From the NCBI GenBank assembly GCA_050018415.1, contig JBEKAB010000033.1:1-45012 (forward strand): a DNA stretch of 45,012 bases. The letters run 5' to 3'. The stretch comes from Tepidisphaeraceae bacterium (GTDB taxonomy: Bacteria; Planctomycetota; Phycisphaerae; Tepidisphaerales; Tepidisphaeraceae). Under the pieces are notes generated by a model, which was not told the origin of the DNA, did not search any database, and was given only the letters and a program-made list of their open reading frames with translations. Made by a program: the position numbers and the translations under genes. This document shows, piece by piece, positions 43,839-45,012 of the stretch; position 1 is the first letter of the stretch; every line of letters starts with the position of its first letter.

Positions 43839-44573
43839 GTGCGCCTGCTGGAAGCCATCGTCGCCGCCAACAACGCCGCCGCCGGACGGCCGTCCCGGTT
43901 GGACGTGCGTGCCTATGCCAACTCCCTGCCCCTGGCGGCCCTGACCTGCATCGACCCGCGCCTCAACCGCCTCTTCCCCGGCGCCTTGGGCTTGGGAGAC
44001 GAGGATTTCATCTGGTTGCGCAACGCCGGCAATGTCATCACTAGCCCGACCTCCAGCACCGTCCGCTCCCTCGCCATGAGCCTCTATTTAAAGGACTGCA
44101 AAGAAATTGCCGTCATCGGCCACACTGATTGCCGGATGGCCAAGGTTGGCGTCAATGATCTGCTGGACCGCATGCAGGCGCAAGGCATCAGCCGCGGAAC
44201 GCTGCCTATCCCCAATCTGCACGAATTCTTCGGCTTGTTCAGCAGCGAGAAACCCAACGTCCTCAAAGCCGTCGGCTTTCTGCGCACCAGCCCGGTCATT
44301 CCGCACGAGACCCCGATCCATGGGCTGCTCATCGACAGTGCCAGCGGCCGCCTGGAATGGGTGATCAACGGCTACGAAGCCGGCGGCATGCCGCTGGAAA
44401 CCCACGGCGCGCCGGAGGAGCTGCCGCACGTGGCAACCTACACTGTCGGCCCCGTGAAATCGCTGGGCATCCACGTCGAGCCGCTGGCGGCCAGGGAACG
44501 GCCCAAACCGCCCGAGCCGCCGCCGCCGCCACCGCCGCCGCCCGCGAAACGGATAAGGGGACGAAACGGATAG
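43839..44573 (+). CDS. beta-class carbonic anhydrase-like protein with poly-Pro C-terminal tail
   Basis: Zinc-ligand motifs C.D.R (LTCIDPRL) and H..C (IGHTDCRMA), plus the conserved RNAGN. GTG start 10 nt after the flotillin stop. The C-terminal PKPPEPPPPPPPPPAKRIRGRNG is unusual for beta-CAs. Confidence 0.65.
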   Translation: MRLLEAIVAANNAAAGRPSRLDVRAYANSLPLAALTCIDPRLNRLFPGALGLGDEDFIWLRNAGNVITSPTSSTVRSLAMSLYLKDCKEIAVIGHTDCRMAKVGVNDLLDRMQAQGISRGTLPIPNLHEFFGLFSSEKPNVLKAVGFLRTSPVIPHETPIHGLLIDSASGRLEWVINGYEAGGMPLETHGAPEELPHVATYTVGPVKSLGIHVEPLAARERPKPPEPPPPPPPPPAKRIRGRNG

Positions 44574-44635
44574 GGGCACATCACTGAATGACAGAGAATT
44601 TATCCGTGTGCATCTGCAATTTAATCCGTGGCTAG

Positions 44636-44802
44636 AGCGGTTTGCAGGTCAGTGTATGGTGCCTATCGCGCGGCACCGCTCCTTGATAGCCGCGGGCGGC
44701 AGCCCGCGGACAACGGTCGAACCAGCGATTTACCACCGTATGTCCGCGGGCTGCCGCCCGCGGCTATCAGGGCATTATTGGTACGCTGACCTGCAAACCG
44801 CT
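44636..44802. repeat. 167-bp nested inverted-repeat element (outer 17-bp arms, inner 28-bp perfect arms each containing its own palindrome)
   Basis: Outer arms agcggtttgcaggtcag (44636-44652) and ctgacctgcaaaccgct (44786-44802). Inner arms tgatagccgcgggcggcagcccgcggac (44684-44711) and gtccgcgggctgccgcccgcggctatca (44742-44769), separated by a 30-nt spacer. A further hairpin ggtgcc-tatcgcgc-ggcacc sits at 44658-44677. Confidence 0.7.
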
Positions 44803-45012
44803 TTAAAAATCTGCCGGGGCGGAAAACCGCAAATGTGGTCACGGCTTCCGAAAATGTACTTATCCCCTTTTTTCCTTTCGAAAATGGGCGAATTTAATTT
44901 AGAGGTGCAACGCCGAGCCTGCAAGTGAAAGACATCGCCGGTGGGATTCGATAGGTTTTGTTTACCAAGACACAACCATCGAAAGGCCCAAACGGCGATG
45001 TCCTACACGCAT

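Noticed and set aside
44608-44975. ORFs 44608..44928 (+) and 44775..44975 (-) at the window end
   Set aside because: They overlap the nested palindrome, have poor GC3 bias and no motifs. The region is more likely non-coding.

Overview
This 45 kb window is high-GC (roughly 65-70%) chromosomal DNA. Its gene content and protein motifs suggest a Planctomycetota-like bacterium, though this is inference and no search was run. The motifs are a giant beta-helix surface protein with an N-terminal LExLERRLLL-type motif, choice-of-anchor-Q-like and Pmp-like GGxIYN repeats, and a NuoJ with extensions. Gene density is high. Many long antisense ORFs in the six-frame track are GC-driven artefacts and were not called.

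In order along the window:
- The 3' half of a respiratory complex I operon (nuoJ-K-L-M-N, minus strand), with ATGA/TGATG stop-start coupling.
- A MarR regulator, a small MGMT-like DNA-binding protein and a hypothetical protein, followed by a striking 30-bp-stem heptamer-repeat palindrome.
- A polytopic membrane protein.
- A PhoB/PhoR-like two-component pair, divergent from a Tat-exported Rieske protein.
- A glycan cluster: GH-type glycogen debranching enzyme, a GT34 (Mnn10/XXT)-like transferase and a GT32/Caps_synth-like transferase.
- tRNA-Arg(ACG) and a secreted 7-bladed-propeller lactonase.
- A 1677-aa giant protein with a Pmp-like beta-helix, a prodomain-less S53 sedolisin protease and four ~100-aa Ig-like tandem repeats.
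- An operon of CHASE2-adenylate cyclase / SH3b / M48 lipoprotein, divergent from a cNMP-gated MscS (bCNG-type) channel.
- An orphan CcrM-like DNA methyltransferase.
- thiE with an extra N-terminal domain, then murJ.
- A lower-GC SnoaL-like gene flanked by copies of a 16-nt repeat.
- Three small hypothetical proteins.
- A HIT hydrolase co-transcribed with an orphan ParA ATPase. Upstream of these sits a 19-codon Lys/Arg-rich sORF with a perfect Shine-Dalgarno site and its own terminator.
- gpmI, a 7Fe-type ferredoxin, copA, an extreme poly-Glu/Asp protein, and an NfeD-flotillin-beta-carbonic-anhydrase-like operon.
- A 167-bp nested inverted-repeat element at the window end.

No CRISPR array, integrase, transposase or recognisable defence system is visible. 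The most unusual candidates are the K/R-peptide-ParA-HIT module, the adenylate cyclase/bCNG signalling island, the giant protease-adhesin and the structured palindromic elements.
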